From: Podarcis muralis
Lineage: Eukaryota
DNA length: 64,000 nt
Reading direction: 5' to 3'
NCBI RefSeq assembly: GCF_964188315.1
Contig: NC_135656.1
Coordinates: 123,628,001 to 123,692,000, forward strand
The position numbers and the translations under genes are program-made. Below, piece after piece: positions 26,193-39,200 of the stretch. The first letter of the stretch is position 1; every line of letters begins with the position of its first letter. The notes under the pieces are model-generated. The model did not search any database. It saw nothing but the letters and a program-made list of their open reading frames with translations, and was not told the origin of the DNA.

Positions 26193-28579
26193 CTTCCGGG
26201 TTAGCGCCATCGGCAATGGCGGAGTTCCTCTGACCCAGAGGAACCCGCTCCGTGAAAATCGGGTCTTGCCGCCGCGGCGAAGGCGGAGACCCTTTAAAAA
26301 TCCCAGGCGGAGGAAGCCTGGGAACGTGGGATTCAGCTGACACCAGGAGCACCTCCTCTACTCACAGGGAAACCCTTTTTCAGGGATCCGAAGCGACGTG
26401 GGGTGAGCGGCGCGGTGTTTTGAATCGACCGCTACTTTTATGGAGTGAAGCCGCACAGCCGTTGCCGGAGAGCGCTGACTTTTTCCTGTGGACAATTGGA
26501 CTCTAAACAAGTACCCGTGAGTAGAACGAAAAATTTGAAGCGGGAAGGTTCTAAACAGGAAGTCCGCCTTCCGCTTTTGTAAATAGACTGAAGCAAAAAT
26601 TTTGCAAGCTAAAGTCTGGAAAGTCGTATATAAAGGTCTAACTTTCCTTCAGTTATAACCACCAAAACCCCCCTTGGAAGCAGGAGAAAAGGGGGGGAAT
26701 TTTGACTGTTCAAGCCTGCAGGAGAGAGAGTAAAGAAAGATAAATTTCCACCGTCTCAAACCTGGGAACGGGGTGTCAGAGACAGAAATTTTGGGGGAAG
26801 TTCATTGACTGTGAATGGAACGTCTTTGACAGATAGCTAAAAAAGAGAAACAAATTGATTCCAATGTTGCCTTTTGCATTCAAAAGAAACAAAATATTTG
26901 AAAAATGAAAGTAATTTTCCTTTGTTGGATCTGCTTTTAAAAGATGGATACAAATAGAAATTGTCTCCTCTAGAGGGAGCTTGTTAAATTGTTGCTGGAG
27001 TCGATCTGGGGATTTCACAGCTGTGGAAGATTAGGATCGTGGGACCAGACTCTGACCCTGAATAAAAATGTGTTTAGAAGAAGTTTTGGTGCTTGCTTTT
27101 TGCAAGACAAGCGCTTTGCTGGAGCAGATGCATGAGAAGATGGATTTGATGACTGTTGCAGTCAAAAACGTTGGACAAACGGTGAATACTCATATAGAAA
27201 TCATCCAGGAACCAACCCAGGAACTTGTTTTGACAGGGCAAGTGCAAGTGCAGAAGATAATGGAGGAGGTTGCTGTCGAACCTCAAGTAACACAAATGGA
27301 GAGACCTGAGGCCCTGCAGGAGCATAAGCCGCTGTTCTTGAAGATTGAATCTGGAGCGGGCCAGGGGGGGTCTGGAGTTGTGGCGGCTCTTAATTTTGGA
27401 GGGACTTTGAAACATGCCTTTAAATACTTTCTGGACTACACTGCTGACTGTGGGGAATGGGACTGTGGGGAATGGGCTGATCTGCTGAGGGGAGATGGAG
27501 ATATTTTTGGGCTGGAGTCTCCCCGAGACCTACTCCTCAATGAGAAAGGAAAGAAATTAAGAAAGAGATCAACAAAAGACAAGGTAAAGTGCAGGTATAA
27601 ACAAGAAGAAGATCTGCAGAAGGGACATGGAAAAGACTTAAGAGCCTCGGACACAAGATTACCAGGTTGATGGACTAGATGGAATGGACAGTAAGGACTG
27701 ACATAACCCGAGACCAGGAAGAAGAGACGTTGGATGAAGATTGGAAGAAAGTTTTTAAAAATTTATTTTGGGAATTAGTGTAAAATTAATGAGTATTAGG
27801 AAAAATGTTGGAATGAAACTATTTGGCTTTAGTAGAAATGATATAAGGAGTTATGTATAAATAAGTATTAAGTTTTAAGTTTTAAGGTACTTTATGGTAA
27901 GATTAGATTAAAACAAATTAAGGTAAATTGAACGACAGAATATAGTGAAAGATGGAAAGGATTTGCTGAGTTAATTAATAGGATAGATTGTTAAGATAAA
28001 TTACCCAACAAAAAGTGAGAAAGATGGAAAGAATTTGCTGAAACAATTAACTAAACTAGAACACAAAAAGGGAGGTGTGAGGAGGTCGATGAAACAAGCA
28101 AATGAAAGATAAAGATATGGAATATTGGGTGTGTGGTGGGGTTTTTTGCTGTATTGTTGTATTGGTTTTTTTATGTTCTTTTTTCTTTTTTTATGTATTG
28201 TAATGTATGTCTTGTTAATTTTTTTGTTGTTTTCTTTTCTTCTTTTTTCTGTAATTTTTAAACTTCTAATAAATATCATTTAAAAAAAACAAAAAAGGCC
28301 AATTGTTTAAAGCATATTTTTAAAGCTTTGTGTATAGATTTTGACATTAGTATAACTTTTAAAAGTCACTTGTAATAAGATGAAGAAGGTTTTAAAATTG
28401 GATTGTTAAGTATATACGGTTTTATGGACGTGCATAAACAAGTATATTATAATGGAACCAAGAGGGGGAGTGGAGGGAAGTTGACCAAAATTCATGGTTT
28501 AATTTGGCTATGATTTAATTTTTTGTACTGTATTGTTATTTTTGGAAAATCAATAAATTGTTATAAAAAGGGGGGGGGG
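26193..28579 (+). mobile_element. Non-autonomous L1-related element (CpG-rich 5' end, single coiled-coil ORF 27068-27670, A-rich tails)
   Basis: Interrupts a sequence that is continuous in the other two V2R upstream regions (short ATTA duplication). Its 5' 1 kb is homologous to 62660-63570. L1-like 3'UTR ends with aataaa plus poly-A. Confidence 0.7.
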
Positions 28580-30439
28580 ATTACATTCCTGGTGTGAGCA
28601 TGTTCTTAGAGAAATCCTGGGCATTAGTTGTGAATTGGGAGATTGCTGCAGAAGTCAGCTCCAGTGTGTTTACAGGCTTCCTTGGGGTATCTGTTTGGCT
28701 GATGTGAGAACAGGATGGTGGACTACATTAGCCTCATTCATCCCAACACAGGTGCAGGGCTCATCTGATGTTCTTATGATGCCCCTCCCCATAGTCATCA
28801 TTATTTTGCTCCAGGCTCTGGTTGAGCTAGAAGCTTGGGTAAAACAAAGTAGGCCCTGAGAATTTAATAAGTGATAGAAGGGGCAGAGTTGAGAATTTCA
28901 TCTTAACTGAGAGCTCCCATTATTGCTGGCTTGGCCCATCTGCCACATCCAGAGAGAAAATGGCTCTCTTCTCCCCTTAAAGAACCAGGATGGTAAGGGT
29001 ATGAATATTTACAATAGGTGGTCATTTTTCCAAGGAATGTGAAATGGATCCAATTCCAAGTTACTGGGTCAGATATACAAAAATACATGGCATGTTCACA
29101 CCTGATGAAAACCCTTTCAGCAAAAGGAGGAAGAATGGTGGACAGATTAGGATGGTCAAACATTGGAGATGTTGGATGCTCCTACTGCGGCAGTGATGTG
29201 TGACGCCTTTTATTGAGAGATTTAGTATTTTTGTTGGTTTTTGAAATTCATTCAAAATTCAGTCTATTTCATAGAATCTTAGAGTTGGAAGGGACCCTTA
29301 GTCCAACTCCTTGCAATGCAGGAATATCAGCTAAGGCAGTCAGAACATGTGGCCCTCAGACCTCTGTTGAAAACCTTCAGCAAAGGAGAGCCCACAACCT
29401 CCTGAGGGAGACCTTTCCACTGTCAAACAGTTCTTACTGTCAGAAAGTTTTTCCGTCTGTCTAGTGGGAATCTCCTTTCCTGCAACGTGAAGCCATTGGT
29501 TCAACTCCTACCTTTCAGGAGAAAACAAGCTTGCTTCCTCTTCCATGTGACAGCCCTTCAGATATTTGAAGATGGCTATCATATCTCCCCTCAGTCTCCT
29601 CTTTCCCAGGCTAGACATACGCAGCTCCGTCAACCGTTCCTCATAAGGCTTGACTTATCATATTGATCATCATATTGGACCTCCTCTTGCAATTAAGTTG
29701 ATATACTATTGCTCCTCTGTTGGAAGTAGGAAAATAGCATGTAGGAGAAGTTCTGCTCTTATCTCTGGTTTGTGGGCTTCCCTTAGGGTCACCTGGTTGG
29801 CCATTGTGAGAACAGGATGCTGGACTTTGGCCTGATTCAACCTCAGGGCTCTTCTGATGTCAGTCATGTTCTGCCCAACTCACCTTTACCCTTGATGATC
29901 CGTGGCACCCCATTGAGTAAACATGTTTTCTCCTGCTCTGCACCTGCTCCTATCAAGTTTCAGGGGAGATCTTTCTTCCCTTTACAATCATCAGAATCAC
30001 AGTGATCTATTTTTATTCTTTCCTGAGTCCAAGTAGCCCCTCCCCTTGAATATTGTATTTGGGACTAATAAGGTAAATATCATAATTTTGTGGCACAAAA
30101 TCCTGGGGGCCAAGTCACAGACCAGGTGAAGTGGGAAGGTACAGTTGTGTGATGCTGCCTTTTAGATCAGTAATTTTGACTGACTGGCTTTCCAGGAAGG
30201 GTACATCCTCAGCCCTGCCTGGAACAGGGAGCAGAGATTGCACCCTCTCACCTTCTTGGTGCTAAATAGATGCTCCACCTCTGAACCATCACCCTTCAGC
30301 TCTGAGCCCAGAGCTGGACACCTCCCTGTTTTTGTCAATTCATTGCAATCTCTGATTTGCAAGAATTTAGGGCTTATTATGAACAGCAGCTAGTGTTTGG
30401 TGGAACAGCTACAAGGAAAGCGTAGCAGGTAGATCCAGA

Positions 30440-32968
30440 ATGATAACACTTCTTCTGTTCCTGCCTCTTGCAACCAATGGGATGCAGCAGAGGACAAAAT
30501 GCCCACTGAATCCAATCAAGGAACAAGTTTTGGCTGCAAATTTTTACCAGCTAGCAGATCACCTCATTAGTGGAGTCGCATCTCCAAGGTACTTTAATAT
30601 TCAATATCCTTTCACCTTTTCCAGCACCCCTGTCAGCAGACTTGAGACGTAAGTAATGATGCATTGATATATTTCTGCTTCCTACCCAATCTCCATTACC
30701 CATGATACACTTGTTTTATGATACTTCTGAAATTTTTCATTTCTAGAGTCCTATATGTCTGTTCAGTTGGGGAACAGGCATGTTTCAAAGCGTTTTATAA
30801 TGTATTTTATAATGTCGCACTTTGCTCTACCTCTTAGCCTCTTTTCTTAGTTACTTTGATTAATACAAAAAATAATGTGACATTCATTTTCACCAAATTG
30901 AAGATGACTGTATGACACGCTTTGTTTTGCAGCTGGGTGGATAAGAGAAACTCACACATTATTTCCTTCTCCCTTGCTGTTCGGGATATTAATCATAACC
31001 CCAGCATCTTACCCAACATCACCCTCGGCTACAGCATCTATGATACCTATTCTAAGGGAAGACTGACATCTGACTCCATGACAGACCTGCTTGCTGGTGG
31101 GAAAATCAACATTCCAAACTACCACTGTGGGAAACAGAAAAGGCTGCTAGCTGTTCTTGAAAAGAGTGAACTTGACATCTCCACACACATTGCAAGCATG
31201 TTGGGCATCTACAAGATCCCACAGGTAATCTATTGGCCCAAGTGAAACACACCTGGCAACATTTGCCACATGGTTGTTGTTTTTGTTGTTGTTGGCATCT
31301 GTCTGTCTTGAAAGACAATGGAGTGTGTCTCTGGGATGAAGTCAAACCACTGTGTTAGCAGTATGAATGTGACCTCCACGGTGCACAAGCTTAGGCAGTG
31401 AGTACGGAGGTCCAGGGCTGCCCAGATGACAAGACCTCCCTCTCAGCCTCACTGCTGTGGTCCAAAGGAAAGCAGAGCAATACAGTTGGCACAAGCTTGG
31501 CTGCAGGTGTTGCTGGAAGGAGGCAAACAAAGCACCAGTCAGCTGACTTAGGATTTGTGTTGGGTTTACTCTTTAGCCTTTTCTTATCCCAGATGTTGGA
31601 GGGTATGAAGGGAACTGCCTTGCAGTTGAGGACAGACAGGACCCTTTCCTACTGTCTTTCTATGGCCTACTCAAAACTTGAATTTTCTTTCAGCAGACAT
31701 TTTAATTTAAGTTTGATTATTGTGCTTGAAATATACTCGGAGTCCTGTAGTGATTTCATGCTCTTTATTGCAGCTTGTAGAACAGTGATTGAATTGCCCC
31801 CCAAACCTCAGGCTTCTATATACATTATTTACACAATGAGTCCGGTCTGATTGGCTGATTCTGCTTCCCTCCTGGAGCCTGATTGGTCTTTTCCTGCAAT
31901 ACAATAAGTTATTGCATTCTAGGATCCTACCTGCCTATTGTTCTAGGATCCAAGCTTAGTACATAACAGTGCTTTACCTTCTTGATTGTTTTTTATTGAA
32001 TGTTTCTTAATTTCATAGACAATTTTGCCATTAATCGGTATTAAAAAATGCTTAACTTTTTTTTTTTACCTCCAAAGAAATTTGAGGTTTACACTAAATC
32101 TGTCAACATCTGGCACATAGAAGTATCCAGGCTTAATCCTGAAACACAAGCGATCATTCTTTTCACCTTTTTTCACCAGCTCAGTAATGGCTTTGTTCTT
32201 ACTGATAAATTCCAGTCCCCTTTTGTCTACCAAATGGTGCCAAACCAAGAAACGCAGTACCAAGGGATGGTCCAACTCCTCCTGCATTTCAGGTGGACAT
32301 GGGTCGGCCTCTTTGCTCCAGACAATGACAGTGGTTAAAGGATCTTGAGTACCTTGACACCTCTGATGAACAAAAGGGAAATATGTGTTGCCTTAACACA
32401 AAGAGTACTACGAGAAACGTGGCTATGGATACCCCATGAAGCACCTGCCCTGTGGAGACAAGTCAATGTATTTGTTTACTTTGCAGACTCTCAAAGTGGA
32501 CTCTACATAATCATAGAGGTTGAGTCCTTACTTGAAAGGATACAAACTGGGGGGAAAGTCTGGATAATCACAGTTCTTCAGAACAAAATTTTCTTATGTG
32601 ATATTGACTGCTTCCGGTATGCCCATGGCTCTTTGTCCTTTGTAATGAAGACCAAAAAAAGGTTGAACAAGGACTATTATGGGCCAATGTCCTTGGCTAG
32701 TCAACAGTATTCAGAAGAAGCATTTGATTGTTCCTATTCAAAGCATGCCTTGTCTGTGAGGGGTATGACCAAATGCAGAGAGAAGGATAATGTGAAGATG
32801 CTGCCCCAGGAAGAGATTGAAAGAATCCAGTCCCAAGACAGCTATGTGAATTACCTGAGTATCCAAACTGTGGCTCAGGCCTTAAATGTTGCCTATTCAT
32901 CCTGGTCAAAGAGGATGTCGATTGTGGGTGGAGGCAGTTGGGAACTTCAAATGCTACAGCCATGGCAG
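30440..32968 (+). pseudogene. V2R copy 3, pseudogene (exons 1-3 only)
   Basis: Exons 30440-30648, 30933-31224, 32180-32968. In-frame TAA at 32336-32338 where paralogs have GAA. No exons 4-6 before the next paralog's upstream region. Confidence 0.9.
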
Positions 32969-33216
32969 GTATGTCCATTTCTTTTTGCAAAGTGGAATTT
33001 GTTGTCCCAACTCTGAAATCACCATGATAGGGTCATCGGGAACTGTCTTGCACTGTGACAGAACACTGGTTAGTATTGTCTACATTTTCATCTGCTGGCA
33101 GAAGTCCATCAGAGTTTCTCCCATCCAGGACCACAAAACCTCAAGGACTACCTCTCTCCATATAACTCTTCAACTTGGCCCTTGTCTGAATAACATCTTA
33201 TACCCATTTTAAATGT

Positions 33217-33595
33217 GTTTGCGTGGACAGGCGGAGTCCCCAGATCCCAAGCGGTCCCCCCCCCGTCATGTGGAATAACGACTAAAGACAACGTCCTATG
33301 GGATTAAATTGGCCACAACTTTATTAAATTTCAAATGTGGGTAGACCTTGGCTCAGGCATTGGGCGTTCTCCCTCCCCAGTCCCCAGCCGGGGACCTAGG
33401 GAGCTTCAGGGTTATCCGGGGGGGGGGGGCGGCTCTGGAGAACATATGTTCAAGGAGAGATAGTCGCCCCCGTTATGCCGCCACCACAGGGGAGAGCAAT
33501 GGTGACCTTTCGGTGTATGGTCAAAGCCTCCCTTCAGAAACCCCTTTAATGGGGAACCCTGGTATCGCCGCCGCAAAGAGGAAGATGGACTAAAG
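33217..33595 (-). mobile_element. Probable LTR/DIRS-type terminal fragment
   Basis: GC-rich segment with no homolog in paralog introns; minus-strand aataaagttgtggcc poly(A)-signal context. Family uncertain. Confidence 0.35.
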
Positions 33596-34126
33596 CAGGG
33601 GTGTCAAACTCAAATTCATCGGGGGCCGCATCAGCAGTTTGGTCACCCTCAAAGGGCTGGTTGTATCTGTAGGACTATGTGTCCACTCTTTATTATCATA
33701 AATTATTGTCACTGCATTCAATTATTACTGTTTTTTGTAATAATGTAAGTAATAACTAGCTCTGAAAGCAGAAACATAGTCTAGTCAGAATAATGGCAAG
33801 TAGATATTCAAATGTACAATGCGCTCAATATAAAAACAAGTGCATGCGCTCAATAAAAACAATGCGCTCAATATAAAAACAAGTGGAGGTTTCCTGAATG
33901 CATGTAAAGTGGAGGTTTCCTGTGTAGAATGGCCGGCGCCGCTAGAGGGCAGACGTTCTCTGGCTTGTAGGCTGCCGCGCATGCGCTGAAGAGGCGGCTT
34001 TCTTGTGTCAAAAAAAAAAAGCGAGAATAAAAGGTGAAGGCTGGCGGCTGGCGGCGGCTACACGGGCCACATGACGAGGTCTGGCGGGCCGGATTCGGCC
34101 CGCGGGCCTTGTGTTTGACACCTGTG
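33596..34126. mobile_element. hAT-type MITE
   Basis: TIRs CAGGGGTGTCAAAC ... GTTTGACACCTGTG with ggcccgcgggcc subterminal motifs. The 8-bp flanks do not match. Confidence 0.8.
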
Positions 34127-36237
34127 GGCTACAATATAAATCCATATTCTGGTGCTAAAAATACATTCCTGGTGTGAGCATGTGCTCAGAGGTATCCTGG
34201 GCCTTAGTTCTGAATTACGCATTGGGAGAGTGCTGCAGAAATCAGCTCCAGTGTGTTTACAGGCTTCCTTGGGGTATCTGTTTGGCTGATGTGAGAACAG
34301 GATGCTGGACTTCATTAGCGTCATTCATCCCAACAAAGGTTCTTATGATGCCCCTCCCCATAGTCATCATTATTTTGCTCCAGGCTCTGATTGAACTAGA
34401 AGCTTGGGTAAAGCAAAGTAGGCCCTGAGAGTCTAATAGTGATAGAAGCGGCAGAGTTGAGAATTTCATCTTAACTGAGAGCTCCCATTATTGCTTGCTT
34501 GGCCCACCTGCCATATCCAGCAGCACAGGTGATAATGGATGGGGTCCAAAAGGGACACAAAATGCACAGAATGAAGAAATGGCACCTAGTGGTCAGCAGC
34601 AGAAGAAGCAGCTTAATGCAGAGCCAAACAGCAATAGGAGAAGGGGAGAGAAAATGGCTCTCTCCTCCCTTTAAAGGACCAGGGTGGTAAAGGTATGGAT
34701 ATTTACAACAGGTGGTCATGTGTCCAATGAATGTGAAATGGATCCAATTCCAAGTTACTGGGTCAGATAAACAAAAACAAGACATGGCATGTTCACACCT
34801 GATAAAAATCCATTCAGCACAAGGGAGGAAGAATTATGGGAAGTTTAGGGTGGTCCAAAATTGGAGATGTCAGACCCGCCTTTTGTGGTGAAGATGTGAC
34901 AGCACAAACACACGTGACGTCACAAGTACACACTGGGCACTCATAATATTGGGTAGAACTCAGCACGCTTGATTTTGAACTCCCGTTTTGGATTTTTATG
35001 TTTTGAACATCCCTGGGATCTTTGGATGAAATATGATATACAAATGTAACAACAACAACAACACCGATGATGATCTGTAAACTGGGTGGGCCTCATCGAA
35101 CTCATCTGCATACTGGATAAAAGGTTGAATGGGGTTCATAGGCCTGAATGTTGATGCAATGGTCCATAGAAGCATTATTTCCTTTCCAACAATATCTCTA
35201 GCTCTTGGAATGTATTGGTTAGGCTGAAGGGACAGCTAGGGAATGTCAATGGTGTATGAACCATGCTATTGCCCAATGGCACCACTGACTGAGCTAGCAC
35301 AGGTGGTCTCTGGCATGGATTTAGAGGACCATAGCCATGCAGAACATGCCATTGGGCCCAGTTAGGACTTAAGGGCTTCCATAACAATAATTGGACTTAC
35401 TCAAATGGGCACACACTTGAATTCAAGATTGGGATGCTGCAATGCACTCTCTCTGGCTCTTTTGTTGGTTTTTTGAATTCATTGTGTAGGTCCAACATCT
35501 GCTTAAAAACCTCTCCTGAGGGAGACGTTTCCACTGTCAAACAGTTTTTACTGTCAGAAAGTTTATCCGTATGTCTAGTTGGAATCTTGTTTCCTGCAAC
35601 TTGAAGCCATTGGTTATCACTCCTCCTTTGGAGGTAGGAAAATGGCATGTAGGGAAAGTTCTGCTCTCATCCCCAGCTTGTGGCCTTCCCTTTGTGTCAA
35701 GTGGTTGGCCATTGTGAGAACAGGATGCTGGACTTTGTGGGCCTTTGGCCTGATGCAACCGCAGGGCTCTTTTCATGTCAGTCAAGTTCTGCCAACGTCA
35801 CCTTTACCCTTGATGATCTGTGGCAGCCTATTGAGTAAACATGTTTTCTCCTGCCCTGCACCTGCTCCTATCAAGTTCCAGGGGAGATCTTTCTTCCCTT
35901 TACAATCATCACAATCACAGTGAGCTATTTTTAATCTTTCCTGAGTCCAAGTAGCCCCCACCCCACCTCTTGAATATTGCCTTTGGGACAAATAAGGTAA
36001 ATGTCGCAATTAAGGGCAGCAGGGAATTTTTTATTCCACTGTGCCAGAAACGTTGGGTCTATAAGATATATATTGTGTCACAAAATCTAGGGGGGCAAGA
36101 TATAGAGCAGGGGAAGTGGGAAGCTACATTTGTCAATTTACTGCAATCTCTGATTTGCATGAATTTGGGGCTTATTAAGACCAGCAGCTAATGTTCGGTG
36201 GAACAGCTACAAAGAAAGCGTAGCAGGTAGACCCAGA

Positions 36238-39200
36238 ATGATAACACTGCTTGTGTTGCTGCCTCTAGCAACCAAAGGGGTGCAGCTGAGGGGAAAATGC
36301 CCACTGAATCCAATCAAGGAGCGAAAATTAGCTGCAAATTTTTACCGGCTAGCAGACCACCTCATTAGTGGGGTCACATTTTCAGGATTCTTTAATGCTC
36401 AATTTCCTTTCACCTTTTCCAGCACCCCTGTCAGCGGACTTGACTCGTAAGTAATGAGGCATTGATATATTTCTGCTTCCTATCTAGTCTCCATTTCCCG
36501 TGATACACTTAGTAAACTCTATCCACCATCTTTATATTCAAGGCCACAACATGGTACATCTAGAGATTGTATGTAACGTGAAGGAGAAATGTTTTAGTTG
36601 ATATTTTAGAATGTAAGATGCTATTTTATTTATTGATTGGTTTTACCTTGTGGGCTTATAGCCGAATAAAGTGTTATCTATCTATCTATCTATCTATCTA
36701 TCATCTATCTATCTATCTATCCCGTGATACACTTGTTTTCTGATACCCTTGAAATTTTTCATTTAGTTAAAGAGTTCTATGCTTCTGTTCAGATGGTGGC
36801 TAGGAAAACCCAACCAAATATTATTATTACTCTTATTGGTGAAAAGCCATGTTGCAACACATCTTATAATGTGTTTTAAGTAATGAGTAGGAGTTTTGGC
36901 ATGTACTGTTCTCCAAAGCATAACTTGTTTTCTAAAGGGTTGGAAGTGCTTTGGGATGTGTTTCAGTTGCAAGTTTTCTATAGTAAATAAAATGTGAACA
37001 CATTTCTTTCCCCCATGCACAACAAAATCTATGCAACTGCAAATGATAATTGTCGACTGTGTCATTTGCAATGCAGCCTGGGGGTCATTTTGGCTCAAGG
37101 GACTTTTGGTAGGTCACCAGAAATGAGGCTGATTTGTGTTCTAGTCTTCCATCCACACTCCTCCCTTGCAAAAATACTGCAGACACAGATACTGGTAGAT
37201 CTCTGTCTCTTTTTGCTCTACTTCCTCACCTATTTTCCTAGCTGCTTTTATACGAAAAAGAATGTGACTTTCATATTCACTGAATTGAGGCTGACTGTGT
37301 GACACACTTTTTTCGCAGCTGGGTGGATAAGAAAAACTCACATGTTATTTCCTTCTCCTTTGCTGTTCGGGATATTAATCACAACCCCAGTCTCTTACCC
37401 AACATCACCCTCGGCTACAGCATCTATGATAACTATTCTGAGGGAAGACTGACTTCTGACTCCATGACAGACCTGCTTGCTGGTGGGAAAATCAATATTC
37501 CAAACTACCACTGTGGGAAACAGAAAAGGCTGCTAGCTGTTCTTGAAAAGAGTGAATTTGACATCTCCACACACATTGCAAGCATGTTGGGCATCTACAA
37601 GATCCCACAGGTAATCTATTGGTCCAAGTGAAACACACCTGGCAACATTAGCCACCTGGTTGTTGTTGTTGTTGTTGTTGCTGTTGGCATCTGTCTATCT
37701 TGAAAGACAATGGAGTGAGCCTCTGGGATGAAGTCAAACCACTCTGTTAGCAGTATCTAAGTGACCTCCACAGTGCGCAAGCCTGGGCAGTGGGTACGGA
37801 GGTCCTGGCCTGCCCAGATGACAAGACCTCCCTCTCAGCCTCACTGCTGTGGTCCAAAGGAAAGCAGAGCAATACATATGGCACAAGCTTGGCTGCAGGA
37901 GTTGCTGGAAGGAGGCAAACAAAGCACCACTCAGCTGACTTAGGATTTGTACAGGGTTTACTCCTTAGCCTTTTCTTCTCCCAGATGTTGGAGGGTATCC
38001 AGGGTTATGGAACTCCCTTGCAGTTGAGGACAGACAGGCCCCTTTGCTACTGTCTTTCTTTCTTTATTTTGTTCTTTCTTTCGTTCATTCGTTCTTTCTT
38101 CAAATGCTTTTTTGAATTCCTAAGGAAAGCGTACATTCAGAAAAAGGAAAATACATATCCCCACATGATTAGCTTCTTTCATTATAAATAACTTTTATAA
38201 CGACTTCCCATCAGCCCATTGCGGATCCTAAATGATTTTAACGTGTCACACTTTTTTTTTTAATCATTCCAAATGAATCTCCATTATTTTGTTTTCCTAT
38301 GATTTTCTACATTTCTGCAGCAGTCACTGCAGACCTACCAGTGAATTCATATTTTTATGGTGCTCACTGAGATATGTTTGTTCCATGTGGTCTCTTAGTT
38401 TCGCCGTCATTCGTGCCAACTCTGCATGCTCCAGCCATTTCTCTTGCCACTCCAGTTTGGTCGGGATTGAGTCTCCCTTCCAGTTTCTGGCTAATAACAG
38501 TTTAATACCAGCGATAGAGCATTTTCATAAAATTTTCTTTCAAGGTACAACATGCAGTAAACCTCAGATCTGTCATGGCTTAAAATTAGCCACTGTTTCT
38601 TTAATACAAAAGTCAGCATGAGTCAGCAGCCTACAATGAATCGGCAAAGCCTGCATGACTCATGAACCTTTCACCTACAAATGTCTGTATATATAGAGTG
38701 GTCATTGATTGTGTGTGGTGGAGGGTTGGTTGAATGGTAGAAAGTTGGCTGAGTTTGGTGTATATATAAAGCTGTTAGTCATGGTTGGAGGAGACTTTTT
38801 TTAAGAATAAAAGCAGCATTCTGCAAAGTACTCTTTCTCAAGGACTCTTTCTGCTGACTAGGGTCTGAGGACCAGGCAAAGAAGGTCAGAACTCGTACTT
38901 TTTCAAACACTGACAAGATCTTCCTTCCACAATCCTTCTCATGCTTCCATAGGGATATTAGATCCAAATTCTTGGGCCCATTTGACCATCCTACTGACTT
39001 TCTAAAGCCTACAGAAAACTTTTCTTTTCTTTGCTTGCAGCAGGCATTTTAATTGAAGTTTGATTATTGAGTTTTACCTTCTTGATCATTTTTTTATTGA
39101 CTCTTTCTTAACTGCATAGAGAATTTTCCCATTAATCGGTATAAGAATTGCTTGAACTTTTAAAAAATGTTGTTTAAATTCAAAAAAACAACAATGATGT

